A DNA stretch of 64,000 bases. Source: Octopus bimaculoides. Taxonomy: Eukaryota. Each line of letters opens with the position of its first letter. The first letter of the stretch is position 1. The DNA is taken from positions 61,636,119 to 61,700,118 of the forward strand of contig NC_068982.1 of assembly GCF_001194135.2 (NCBI RefSeq), read 5' to 3'. Positions 47,216 through 59,989 of this stretch are shown here, piece after piece. Both the position numbers and the translations under genes were made by a program. The notes beneath the pieces were generated by a model. It did not search any database. It was not told where the DNA came from and saw only the letters and a list, made by a program, of their open reading frames with translations.

Positions 47216-47246
47216 GAGACAGCAGCAAAGCTCAATCCAACATACA

Positions 47247-47993
47247 ATATGTGATAGTAAAATAAAATTGAAATTATCGGCAGGAAAAAAGAGAATAATA
47301 ATAAACTTTTGTTTCTCTTACTTTTGTTTGGTCAGATTAAAACAAAATAAAATGAAATTTGTCACTCTTGAAAGTATTACTTACCTAGCTTTTTAACCCA
47401 TTTTCCTAAAAGTTGTGAGGGAAAAACTCTCCCCACCTCCCTATTGTTTTCATGCATTTTTGTTTTCGTATTCGTTTCCTACACATTTTTTTACACCCGT
47501 TGCACTATTTCTTTTTTGATTTTGTTTCTGGGTAATATTGTAAGCATTAACCTTTTTCTTTTTTTCGATGAATGAATTACAGTGACCAAATATGCCACAA
47601 TCTGTAATCTGGGATTAATATATCCAGTGATATATCAGGTGTATGTAAAAGATGGTTAATGTTTACAATTTCACCTGGAAATGAAATATAAAAAATAAAA
47701 AAAATAGTGCAACGGGTGTAAAAAAATGTGTAAGAAATAAATATGAAAACAAAAATGCACAGAAAGCAATGGGGAGGTGGGGAGAGGACTTTGGAAAATT
47801 CACAAGATTCGAGTTTTTTCCTCATAACTTTTAGGAAAATGGGTTAAAAAGCTAGGGAAGTAATACTTTTAAGAGTGACAAATTTCATTTTATTTTGTTT
47901 TAATCTGACCAATCAAAAGTAAGAGAATCAAAAGTTTATTATTATTCTCTCTTTTCCTGCTGATAATTTCAATTTTATTTTATCATCACATAT
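47247..47993. mobile_element. Fold-back element 2 (long-TIR MITE): ~305/340-bp arms, ~100-bp spacer, possible TA TSD
   Basis: 47247-47552 is the reverse complement of 47654-47993; about 10 mismatches in the outer ~180 bp; 27-bp deletion in the left arm at a CTC microhomology; ends TA|TGTGAT...ATCACA|TA. Confidence 0.92.
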
Positions 47994-47994
47994 C

Positions 47995-48479
47995 ATGTGT
48001 AGGACTGAGCTTTGCCACTGTCTTTATCTCTCTTGCTCTCTCCCTCTGACTGTGCTAACCATGTATTTTCTCTACAGCAACACACCTGTTTCTCTCCCTC
48101 TGTCACACTCTAACCTCTCACCACCTGGTACAAGGCCACCTCTTCCAATACCCTTCCCCTCAAAGGATCTTTGTCTTGCAAGTTACTTGGTGACCCCACC
48201 AGTGCTGGTGCATCCAGTCCACACTGTAAAGTGGTTGGTATTTTGAAGGGTATCCAAGTGGAAAAACCATGTCAAAACAGGCCTCGCCAGTGCTGGTGCC
48301 ATGTAAAAAGCACTCAGTTCACTCTGTAAAGTGGTTGGTGTTAGGAAAGGCATCCAGCAGCAAAAACCCTACCAAAAATGACAGTGAAACCTGGTGTAGT
48401 CTTCTGCTTAACTAGCCCCTGTCAAACTGTCTAACCCATGCCAGTATCGAAAATGGATGCTAAATGACGATGATGATGT
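47995..48479 (+). mobile_element. 3' end of a second LINE-like family (F) with pyrimidine-rich UTR and RTE-like terminal block; internal duplication
   Basis: CCATGTATTTTCTCTACAGC...TTGTCTTGCAAGTTACTTGGTGACC, two copies of CAGTGCTGGTGC...TGTAAAGTGGTTGG, then CCCATGCCAG...AAATGACGATGATGATG. Confidence 0.75.
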
Positions 48480-48862
48480 TACCAACTCTTGTATAAACTA
48501 TTTCTATGATTAGTGAGTAATTAACTGTCTGGACACAGCTTTGTCTATCCTCTCTACTGTACGTGTTTCCATTCATTTGTTCCTAAAAACACTGCACTTC
48601 TTTATACCATTAGCATCAGAGCTATTTCTTTTGGGTTATAGTTTTTAAACTGAAAGCCATGCCGCAAGTAGACTGAGCCATATTAACTAAAAGCGGGTAG
48701 CACTTAGCCTGTCAATACTGTCAAGTTTGATGTTGGGGTACTGAATGATGGGGAAGCCAGCCAAAGAATTTACGTGCTCTCATCTTATCTTCAGTCATTG
48801 ATATGAAATAATAGCATTAAAAAGCTTAAAGAAATGGAAAAATAGACCATAGACCAAAGACA

Positions 48863-48905
<43 letters not shown>

Positions 48906-51224
48906 GAATGAAGCACACTCTTTGAGTCCATTTAGTACAAATATTTGGAATTAATCCTCTGAATGGAGAATATGTGTGTTTCTTGTTGTACCAAAGCTGA
49001 ATAAGATTTAACTATGTTGAAATCATAATCCTTTGGTATTCAATTCAAAATTGCATGTTCTCTCTCTCGGGGTTTTTAGCCAACAGAATTTCCTTGTATG
49101 AAAACTTAGCATTTATTTATCATCATCGTCATTGCTGTTATCATCATCATATGTATGCATTTCCATGTTAGTTTGGGCTGGAAGTGCTCACAGCACCTTG
49201 ACTCTAGTTACATTTGTTCATCATGTTGAAAATATCACAAAGAAGCATGACAAGAGGTAAGGTCAATTTTGGCTCAAAGCAGCAACATAAAAAAAATTTA
49301 TCTCTTTTTGTTAGTGTGTATGTTATTATTTTTGGTATGGCTTAACCACTTGATAACTTTCCTACCATCAACTATTTCATGTTGATGGGTTGGATGCATT
49401 TTTGTGGGTTGGATGCATTTTTTATCATGCTTATAGCACTTGAGAGATTGTCTGTGATAAAACTGATGAGTCTTTTCTATCCTGCATCAATTTTATTTAA
49501 AGTTACAGCTCTCCTAGACTGGTTGCTGTTGCTGCCACTTTTTGATATTCACACTTCCCCTCTCCATTCATTCTTTTTTTTAAATTCATATGCTTTATGG
49601 TATTTTTATATTATTTGTGTCTTCATAACAATAAATTGAATGGAAAGATAAACAATTTTAATAAATGGATTTCTTTTTTCACTGTTTTACAAATTTTTGT
49701 TTCAGTTTAGCTTTGATCAGGTAGATAATTTATCCAGGAAGAAATTGTCCAATGCGTCCTTCTTTTTTAAAGGTAGTAAAATATGGTTTGAGGGGAGTTT
49801 GTTTGCAATTTTTAACAGCTTCAGTGACCACATAGAAGTTCCCTTGTTGACTCAACATGTATTTTTCTGAGTTAAGCTATTGGGAACAGGGAAGGTAAAC
49901 TCTAATGATTATATTACTAATACTGAGATTAACTTGAAAGTAAATTAATTGTAAGCTGTCATGGGAAGATCGTAGAGCAAATGAACAATATTTGCATTAT
50001 TAAATAGCTAAATGACTGACTGTCATTTAGGAGAAGGAGCAGAAGACAGCAGCAAAGAGTGATAACCTGAAGGATCACTTGAACAAACATAAAATAATGG
50101 TAGCAGACCTACTTTTACTTGCACAGGACCAGAGAGTGCAAACTATTATGTGTTGAGGCCTGGTGTTCCCAATGGAGTGGGCCAAACCAATCATTATAAG
50201 TAGGTTATTTCTGAAAATTTGCCTATTGTTAAGAGAAATGTCACTACTTCTCAACCATAAACTAGGACAGGAAACTGTTAGTCAGCCATGCTATCTTAGC
50301 CAAGGAGAGATATGTGTCTTGCCCATTGGCGCAAAAGAATGACTGAAGTGATAAAGTTTAACTTCATGACTTTGTAGTCCGGAATCTGACATCTCGACTA
50401 TACTGCCGCTGTTTGTGATAATGTTCTTTAATTAATTTTTAAAAGACAAAACAAAATGACAAAAATCAAACTCAAGTGCAAAATGAATCTCTATCATAGA
50501 AAATCTTTACTGAAAGGAATCTATCGATGAGGAATCTTTACTTCTTTGAGAACTTAGTAGCATGATGATATCTATAAAGTTTTTAAATTTTGAGAAGCAG
50601 CAGAACCATAATCTGTAATCTATAGATTTATTTGAAAGAAGGCAAATTACTAATTATTCTATAATTTATTTTCAGGGACTCTTCTTTACTTTTTTTCTCT
50701 GGAAAAATAATTAACTTCCAATGAAAAGCAGTAGCCAAATAAATAACAGTAACATTGCTAAATTGGGAGGAAAAGATTTCATTCAGGAATTGATTTAGAT
50801 TGTTGATCCTAATGGCAATTTCAATTAAAGCAGCAAATGCATTCCTTGTTTTATTTTATTTTTTTTTGTAATGTGTTTTTTTTTCATATATTTTTAACCA
50901 GGAAACAAAAGAAAATGAAAGCATCTTTATCAAGTAGTTAAAAAAATTATGCATAAATGAAATAATAAAAAAAAATTGAAAATCCAGCTTAATTGGATTC
51001 TCTCTTTTCAAGAAATCTCTAATTAAATTTCCTCAAAACTCCATGAGAACAAAGATTAGTTTATATTATTAAAATGTTTGCTAACATATTTATCATTTTC
51101 TGATTTTGTTTAATATATTTCTTGTATTTTTTCTGTTTGTGGTTATGATTTTAAAGTTATCTGTATTATTAGCAAGAGATACCTATATATCAGCTAAATT
51201 CAAATCAGTCCTGAAAATTATTCT

Positions 51225-51810
51225 TTTCTCTTTTACTTGTTTCACTCATTTAACTATGCCAATGCTTGGGCACCGCCTTGAAAGGTTTTAGTTGAACAAA
51301 TTGACCCAAGGACATATTCTTTTTCAAGCATAGTACTTTTCCTATTAGTCTTTTGCCGAATTGCTGAGTTACAGGGATGTAAACGCACCAACACTATTGT
51401 CCAGTTGTGGTGATGGACAAACACAACATACGCACTCACACATACACACACACACATGCACGCATGCACATACACATGCACGCATGCACACCCAGCACAC
51501 ACACACACAGAGAGGCTTCTTTCAGTTTCCATCTACCAAATCCACTCATGAGTCTTTGGCTATAGTAGGAGACACTTTCTCAAGGTGCCACACTTTGGGA
51601 CTGAAGATTTTTTTTATATATGTCTTTTATCTTTTATTTGTTTCAGTCACACACACACACACATGCACACATATGACAAGCTTTTTCCAGTTTCCATCTA
51701 CCAAATCCATTCATAAGGCTCTGGTTGACCTGAAGCTAGAGTAAAAAGTACTTGCTCAAGGTGCATTTGGATGGGAAGGAAACTTCTTAACACACAGTCA
51801 TGCCTGCACA
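51225..51810 (-). mobile_element. SINE family C copy plus partial second copy, degraded
   Basis: TTTTACTTGTTTCACTCATT...GGCACCGCC...TTCTTTCAGTTTCCATCTACCAAATCCACTCA; repeated partially at 51680-51805. Confidence 0.8.
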
Positions 51811-52559
51811 CACACACAATTAATTTTTTGTATTTGACTTTTTGCATCGGTACTTGTCTACTTTCACTTTTAAATTGACTTATCACCTTACTAATGAAAC
51901 AACTGATTTATTTAGTTTAGTTGCTGAAATATATGTAACTTTTGGATTAGGACATGTTTACAAAAGCATGTATATGTCTCCTGCATAATAAAAATTGTTT
52001 TCTCATTTATAGATATTATCATTCATTGATAATGTCTATAAATATTCACCATTCCTGAGTTCCCTCCCCTGTTGCAACCACAGGAGGCCCTATGTTAAGA
52101 TCATAGTATGTAGATGAGTTATCTATTTACTTTGGTTAAGATGCTGAACAAGAATTAAACTATCTATGTTAACTGAAATTTTCAAGAAATAAAATGGTAA
52201 TACATTGCATCTGCAAAAGTTCTTGTAAAAATATCACATTGTACCAGACTTTGAGGATTGTCTATGATATCTATTGAACATGAACTTAGCTCTCAGCTTG
52301 ATTGTTCTGAACTTATCGATGATTTTAAAAAGCGCAAAGTGCGCCATATTTGTCTTTGAAAGTTACCTGGATTATAAAAGTGCTCTTTTATTCATATCTG
52401 GAAGTTGTACTTATTGAAATTTGTAATAGACCTAAATAAATTTAACTTGTACTTTTAAAGATGTTCTTTAGGATAACATGAAATATTGAACTACAGATAG
52501 AATAAAGTAAAATATAGGTGTGTAGATTATGAATTTTGATTGAAGGAATGGGACCTTGA

Positions 52560-53125
52560 AACAAAACGTTGCAGGGGCCTCTAAAAGTCATGCAATGGAG
52601 CTGCATCACTAATGTCTCCACCTCTGACCATCTGTCACTCACCTCACACTCTCATGAGTTTAACTGCTCCTCTGTTCCCATCTCCCTCACATGTTCTTTC
52701 CCTATCCTCTTTTCATTCACCATCTTGTACCTTGGAAGTACATCTTGACACCTCATCACTGTCCTCTCTTCTCCTTTGCCAGCTGGAGTAGCCATGTATC
52801 TTCTCTACAGCCGGACACCCGCTCCTATCCCTCTATCATACCTCTTAATACCTAGCGTAAAGCTACCTCCCTCAATTCTATACCCCACCTCAATCAAGGT
52901 GTCTTGTTTGTGAGCTACTTGCCGACCTCTTTAGTGCCAGTGACATGAAAAAGTACCCAATACACTCTGTAAAGTGATTGGATTTAAGAAGGGCATCCAG
53001 CTGTAGAAGCCATGCAAATGCAAACATTGGAACTCATCATAGTCCTCTGACCTGTTAGAGCCTGTCAAATTATGCATCCTATGCCAGCATGGGATATGGA
53101 TATTAAATATTGGTGATAATGACAT
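52560..53125 (+). mobile_element. LINE-like family F 3' region
   Basis: Shares GCCATGTATCTTCTCTACAGC and AAGAAGGGCATCCAGCTGTAGAA with 47995-48479. Confidence 0.7.
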
Positions 53126-56100
53126 AAATAGCCTGTCTTGAATTCTGGGTTCTGTAAAAATAGATGTCCTCTTTAGGCAATATTTGATTGTAACCATTTT
53201 ATTTTATGTTACTGATGAACCGGGGAAAAGCATGAATATTAAACAATTTGTTTGCTACCTTTTTTTTTTTTACCAATTTTAGTTCTTTTATCTGAGTATA
53301 AAATCAATATCAATTATGGCAAGTACTAAAGATTTGAGATAAATTCATGGTAAATTAAGTTTGAGATCTGGCTTTCATTTCTGGTTGTTGGCATTTCATG
53401 TCAGCTATATCGTTTAATGTCCTTGAAGAGAATATGATGATCACACAATTTAACTTTTCCTCTCCTATAAACCACTCCAAAGTTGGAAATTGATATTAGT
53501 TTCTTATTTATATACAAGGAATGTTTATGTACAAGCCAGAATACTATCAATCAAAACTAGTGTTGTATGTACTACAGGTATTTATTTTTAAAATCCATGA
53601 AATTTGAAAGACAAAATTAGCCCTAGCAGAATTAGAACGCACAACATGGAATAGCACTTAGTAAAGTAATCTTCTGATTCTGCAAAACCCACCATTCTTA
53701 TGTAACAAATCGATATTAATAAACTGTTATTAATATAGCTTTATACAAAGTTTCAGTAATGACAGCATCATAAAAATCTAGTTAAATTTGTTTCTGAAAG
53801 TAATTAAATAATTTACTGTCTGCTCCAACATACCATATAATTATTTGATTTACTAAAAAATAATAAATAATCTCAATTTTCTTTCACTGCCATTCTCTCT
53901 CCAATATATATATATATATATATGTATGTATTTGGCACTTTATTACTATCATGGACTGATCTAAATGGCTTGATTGCAATTCTTACACATGAAAGTTAAT
54001 CAGAAATAAGGTCAGAGAACTAATTTGAGAGAAACTACTTGTTTCACTGACTTTATATTTGAACCTGTCATGATAAAAATGAGTTGCTTTAAACATTCTA
54101 GAAACACATGGCAAAAACTCCCCCAAAACAAAAAAACAAAACAAAACAAAACAAATCAAAACGAAACAAAAACAACCTCACATGCACACATTTACAGATG
54201 CACTCAACAAGAGAAAGAGAGCAGGTGAGATAGAAACAGAGAGATAGAGATAGATAGATAGCGAGAGAGAGAGAGAGAGAAAGAAAGGGAAACACATTAT
54301 ATTGATATTTTTTGATATAGCTTCCAATTGCCAAGCTTAATTTCTAGTTATATATTACTATTGACAAACAGTTACTTGTCAGTATTCGATTAGTATATGC
54401 ATTAATGCAATTTTTCTTATTAATGATAATATCAAATTCTTTTGATTAGACTCCTCTGTATCCAGATTCATAGTTTTCACAGGCTGGTAATTGGGTTTTA
54501 TTTTTTAAAATCTTAAAATGAATTCTAGTCATGAAATAAGAGGAAAATAAATAAAAGCATTTACAGAAAACATCAACTTTACATTACAGTTGTAAAAGTT
54601 TATGAGATTATTTAGACTGTTTTTTTGTTCTTTACCATTTTGATTTGATATTCAGTTACTAAGTTTATGCCAGTAAGCAAAGTTTATTCCAGTGAAATTT
54701 TAATCTTAAATACTTAAATATCTTTTTAGAGGCTGTCTACTTCTATTTCTTTTTTTCCATGCTTGTTTCTCTAACCCCCTCTATTCCATTTCTTTTCCTT
54801 TTTTTTTGTTCCTTTTCCCTATACATTTATGCTTTTCCACCTCTTTCTGAGCATCCCTTTAATCTCTCTCTATCTCTTCTAGCGTTTCTTCTCTTCAGTC
54901 TTAATGAATTTTTTCTCTTTCCTTTTTTTTGTCCCCACCTCACTTCCATTTCCTTATACCTAGTTTCTTTGTCAACCTCTTTTTAATTTTGTACCCTTCA
55001 CTGTATTTCTCATACATTTTTCTTTTCCTAAATTCCTCTATGTTGATATTTTTTATTTCTAATTCTCTGTTTTTCTTATTTTGTTGCCTTTTAGTCTTAA
55101 AGATTAATGTATTTGCTCACCTTTATGGTAAGCTATAGAAAATAAACAAAAAGAAGCAAAAAACAAATGCAACTTGATGTTGAAAAATTTTTGATTTGTT
55201 TTTCCCTTTTAACTGCTGAAAGTAACAAAACAACTAAGCTGGTTAAAAAAAGTATTGTCTGAAATCTCATTAAACTATGATGAAAACAGTCTCTAAAAAA
55301 TACAAATCACATACTATGTGAGATGTGATGCTGTAGTTATCTTTGTTTTATTAATTTAAAAAAAATAGTTTATTCAGGTGAGAATCTGTCTGCTTTTTAA
55401 CTTCTATCAGGTATTTCTGAGAAGAGGTGCAGTGTTCCTAATGTTTGCAGCAGGTACTCTTAAAGTGGGAAGATTCATTCTGTGCCCTGCCTTGACGTCT
55501 GTAAGTCAATGTTTGTAGGAATGACAAAAACTGGGGTCTAGATCCATTGCTTGCCAAAAAAGTGAAGTCTGCTAAAGGCATCCAAAGATTTGATGCTAGT
55601 GAGATATAACTATTTGGAATTTAGTCTGTTGGCTGAGTTATGTTAATTTATGAGTAGATTAGTTGAGACTGGTGATAGATTATAAAACAAAATAATTACT
55701 TTGTTGTGGTTATGTAATGTAAATGAATTTTACATAAATTTAGTGAATCAATGTTAAAAAGTTCTCTTTGATATATATATAAAAAAAAGAGACTTGGTAA
55801 GATGAGGATGTGAGGTAGATATGTCAGATCATCTGTGAATATTGAGACCTCAGTTGATGAAGTGCAGAGGATTGATGTGTATGGTGAAAGAATGACTTGT
55901 AGAACATCCAATTCATGCCAGCTTGGATAAGCAACCTTTTTTTTTTAAAAAAAAGAAAAGATAACAAAAGTAGTATTGATGGTGATGATGATGGTCATAG
56001 TGAGAGTTATGATGGTGAAGATAGGTGATGATGATTAACTAATACCTATAATTTGTATCAGGCTTTGTAGTATAATCATAATCACCAAGAAGAGAAGATT

Positions 56101-56654
56101 TTAAGTGACAAAAAAAAAAAAGCTGTATTTTTTTTATTCCTACTTGAAGAAAGCTGCAAGACAAGCTATAGCAGTCTACAATAAATGATATAGATTATTT
56201 CCAATTTTGGGGTCAACTTAATTAAATGAAATCAATGAACAGATATGAATATCAATAGTGATATTAGTGAACATTATTCTTCATTAATATGATCAGTTAG
56301 AAGAAAATTTGTGGATATGTTTTCTTTATTCTTTTACTGGCTTCCTTCATTGGACTGTGCCTATGCTGGTGTATTAACCTTCAAGAGTAAAGTTGGTCAT
56401 ATCAACTCTGTAGACAGGTATTTTTGTTTTATTGACTTCAGTTGGCTAAAAGGCAAATTTGATCTAAGTAGGACTTAAATCAGAATGTAAAAAAAAGAAG
56501 GGTAACTGAATGTCATTAGCTATTTTATTAAATGCTCTTCTGATTTTATCATCCTCCGTACTTGTATGTATCATTTCATATTTATTCATTTCCATATTTA
56601 TTTAAAGAATGTGTGAAGTTATCGACTTCACTTTCCAGTCACATAGTTTTGGAT

Positions 56655-56800
56655 TCATGCAGTCATATTGCATGGCTCCTTGAGAAAGTGTCTTCTACTA
56701 TAGCTATAGGCTAACCAAAACCTTGCAAGTAAGCTTCGTGGAAGGAAACTAAAAGAAGCCCATTGTGAGTGTGTTTGTGTGTATGCATATATATGCATAT
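56655..56800 (+). mobile_element. SINE family C 5' half, truncated at its internal microsatellite
   Basis: GTGTCTTCTACTATAGC...GGAAACTAAAAGAAGCCC, followed by (CTGT)n and an RTE LINE. Confidence 0.7.
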
Positions 56801-56805
56801 TTATA

Positions 56806-56874
<69 letters not shown>
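56806..56874. repeat. (CTGT)n tetranucleotide microsatellite
   Basis: Uninterrupted TCTG run of about 17 units. Confidence 0.95.
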
Positions 56875-56888
56875 TTAATAAATATATA

Positions 56889-59756
56889 TGCAACACTAAC
56901 TTCTGGAAGCCAGACAGCCACCTGATAACCTATCAATCAGGTGACTCTACTAGCCAGATTGATTTCATGCTCACCAGACAGCAGGATGCAGGGTTGCTCT
57001 TAAATACAAAGACCCTCCCGAGTGAAGAATGTACACCCCAGGGTAGATTAGTAATTAGTGACTTTAGACTTGAGGCCAGAAAGATGGCAAGAAGCAGACC
57101 AATCCAGAAAAGAAGGATTTGGAAGCTAAAGAACCTTTCACATGGTCAGAGATTTAGGGACATCCTCATAAAGAAATTTGATGAGAGGGAGGAGGAGCTA
57201 CAGACCTCGGACATAGAGGGTGGCTGGAAATTCCTACGGGACAGCTTACTGAGTGCCACAGACCAAGTCTGTGGATGGTGCACAGTCTCTTCCAGACCTA
57301 GAATAATGTGGTGGTAGAACAATATGGTAGACAAATCCATTAGAACAAAGAAACAAGCCTGGAAGAGTGGGGGTAGCAGGGAACTGTACCAGATAGCCAG
57401 AAGCGAGGCTGGGCGACAGATATACATAGCCATGGGAGAAGCAGAAAAGAAGAAGTTTGCCAATGTCCAGCGATGTGAGGTCCAAAGAAGTGATGTATTC
57501 CAGATTGCAAGACCGTGTGTGTGAGAAAACTGTGATGTCACAGGAGAGAAATTTGTCTGCATGGATGATGGTGCACTTGCTTTTAATGATTCAGAAAAGA
57601 AAGAGACTTGGAGAAGCCATTATGAAAGACTGCTGCATGTGGAGAATGAATGGGAGGAGGAGAGTCTGCCAAATGTTGACCTAGTAGAGGGACCAGCTAT
57701 CTGAATAGACAGCACCTAGGTAGATAAAGCAGTTAAAGGTATGAAACCCGGAAAAGCCCCAGGCCCATCAGGAATCACTGCTGCGATGCTTAAAATATCT
57801 GGTGGTGTGGGCTATGGCCTAGTCACCCGTATTGTAAAGCAGGTAGTTCATGATGGAGTCATACCCAATGACTGGTGTAGTAGCACCATAGTCAACTGCT
57901 ACAAGGGTAAAAGTGATGCTTCAGACAGAAATATCTACAGGGGTATCGAACTGCTGGATCAGGTGAAGAAGGTCACGGAAAGGGTCATAGCCCAACTAAT
58001 TGGGGAGAGAATCTGCTTAGATGAGATGCAGTTCGGTTTTGTGCCAGGTAGACGCATCACTGATGCTATATTCCTGGTACGGCAACTGCAGGAGAAATAC
58101 CTTGTGAAAGATAAACCCCTATACTTGGCTTTAATGGACTTGGAGAAAGCCTTTGACAGGGTCTCCAGATCCTGTATCTGGTGGGTGATGTGGAAACTAG
58201 GGATAGATGAGTGGTTAATAAGAGCTGTACAAGCCCTGTACAAGAATGCTGTCAGTAAGGTATGGGTCGGCAACAAGTATATTGAAGAATTCTGGGTTGA
58301 AGTAGGGGTCCACCAAGGATCAGCCCCCAGCCCCCTCTTATTCATCATAGTCCTCCAGGCAATAGCAGAGGAATTCAAGACAGGTTGCCCCTAGGAGCTC
58401 CTCTATGCTGATGACCTGGCCCTCATAGCAGAATCACTACCAGAATTAGAGAAGAAATTCCAGGCGTGGAAGCAAGGTTTAGAGTTGAAGGGCTTTAGAG
58501 TCAATGTTGCAAAGGCCAAAATTCTAGTAAGTAGGAAGGCGAACAAATCACAAACCTCTTCAGGTAGATGGCCCTGGTCGATCTGTAGAAAAAGTGTAGG
58601 TAGAAACTCCATAAGATGTACCCAGTGTAAGCTATGGATGCAGCAACATCAAAAGAAGATTAACTGGGATGATAGCTTTCGTGTGCGGCAGATGAAGAGG
58701 GGCAATAAACACCACAGATACTCAGAAAATAGATTCCATCACATGCCAGGGGAAGAAACTAGAAGTAGTTGATAGTTTCCACTACCTAGGGGATTAAGTC
58801 TGTAGTGGAGGTGGATGCTCAGAGAGCGTTACCACTGGAATAAGAATTGCTTGGGAAAAGTTCAGACAGCTTCTATCCCTACTGGTGACAAAGGGCCTCT
58901 CGCTCAGAGTGAAGGGTAGATTGTACGATGCATGTGTGTGAACTACCATGCTTCATGGCAGTGAAACATGGACCGTGATTGCTGAAGACATGCGTAGGCT
59001 CAAAAGAAATGAAGCTAGCATGATCCGCTGAATGTGTAATGTTAGTGTGCACACACGACAGAGTGTAAATGCCCTGAGAGAAATGTTGGACACAAGCATT
59101 GGATGTGGCGTGCAAGAGAGAGATGTTTGCATCAGTATGGTCATGTACTACAGATGGATGAGGAAAGCTGTGTGAAGAAGTGCCACTCCCAAACAGTGGA
59201 AGGAATCCGGAGTTGAGGGAGACCCAGGAAGACATGGGATGAGGTGGTGAAGCATGACCTTCGAATGTTGGGCCTCACAGAGTAAATGACAAAAGACAGA
59301 GACCTCTGGAGATATGCTGTGACTGAGAAGACCCAGCAAATAAAGTGAGATCACAGCTGTAACCTACACCAGTATTGCATAACCAGCCCACTCAAAAAGT
59401 ACCTTTGGATCGTAGGGCAACATACCATGCTTGAGAAGACCTATTGAGTCAAGTACATCAACATCAAAATGAAATCAAATCACAATCAAATGGAAGTTGT
59501 AGTTGCAGTCCCCGTGCCGGTGGCACATAAAAATCACTATCCGAATGTGGTCGATGCCAGCCTCCTCACCACAGCTGGCTTCTGTGCCGGTGACATGTAA
59601 AAAGCACCATCCAAATGTGGCCAATGCCAGCACCGCCTTGACTGGCTCCCGTGCCGGTGACATGTAAAAAGCACCATCCGATCATGCCAGCCCCCTCTGG
59701 CCCCTGTGCCGGTGGTACGTAAAAAGCACCCACTACACTCTTGGAGTAGTTGGTAT
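56889..59756 (+). mobile_element. RTE-clade LINE, 5'-truncated within the APE endonuclease; RT, PHD-like finger, C-terminus and repeat-bearing 3' UTR; inactivated
   Basis: SQIDFML..SEECTPQGRLV (APE end); MKPGKAPGPSG, QFGFVPGR, DLEKAFDRV, GVHQGSAPSPLLF, LLYADDL, HGSETW; several stops and frameshifts; 3' end runs into a gap. Confidence 0.96.
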
Positions 59757-59989
59757 NNNNNNNNNNNNNNNNNNNNNNNNNNNNNNNNNNNNNNNNNNNN
59801 NNNNNNNNNNNNNNNNNNNNNNNNNNNNTATATATATATATATATATATGGCAAATAAGAAAATGAAGACATTCATTTACATCTATTTATTAATTAACAT
59901 CATAATCTTTTATTCTCTTATTTGTTTTAGTCATTTCCTGTAATTTGAGGGTATTCCCTGACACATCTCTATCACAATCCTCTTTGGTT

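Noticed and set aside
46832-47247. Three overlapping Leu/Ser/Phe-rich 'membrane protein' ORFs
   Set aside because: Products of a GA-rich low-complexity tract; likewise 13656-14048, 24405-24682 and 54759-55138.
50031-50099. KSDNLKDHLNKH resembling a C2H2 recognition helix
   Set aside because: No upstream CxxC in frame, and the donor is weak.
57959-58378. Antisense ORFs over the RTE (also 57146-57562)
   Set aside because: Shadow frames of the LINE ORF2.
59510-59745. CRISPR-like repeat-spacer array
   Set aside because: Eukaryotic LINE 3' UTR; the spacers are related to each other, the repeats are degenerate and there are no cas genes.
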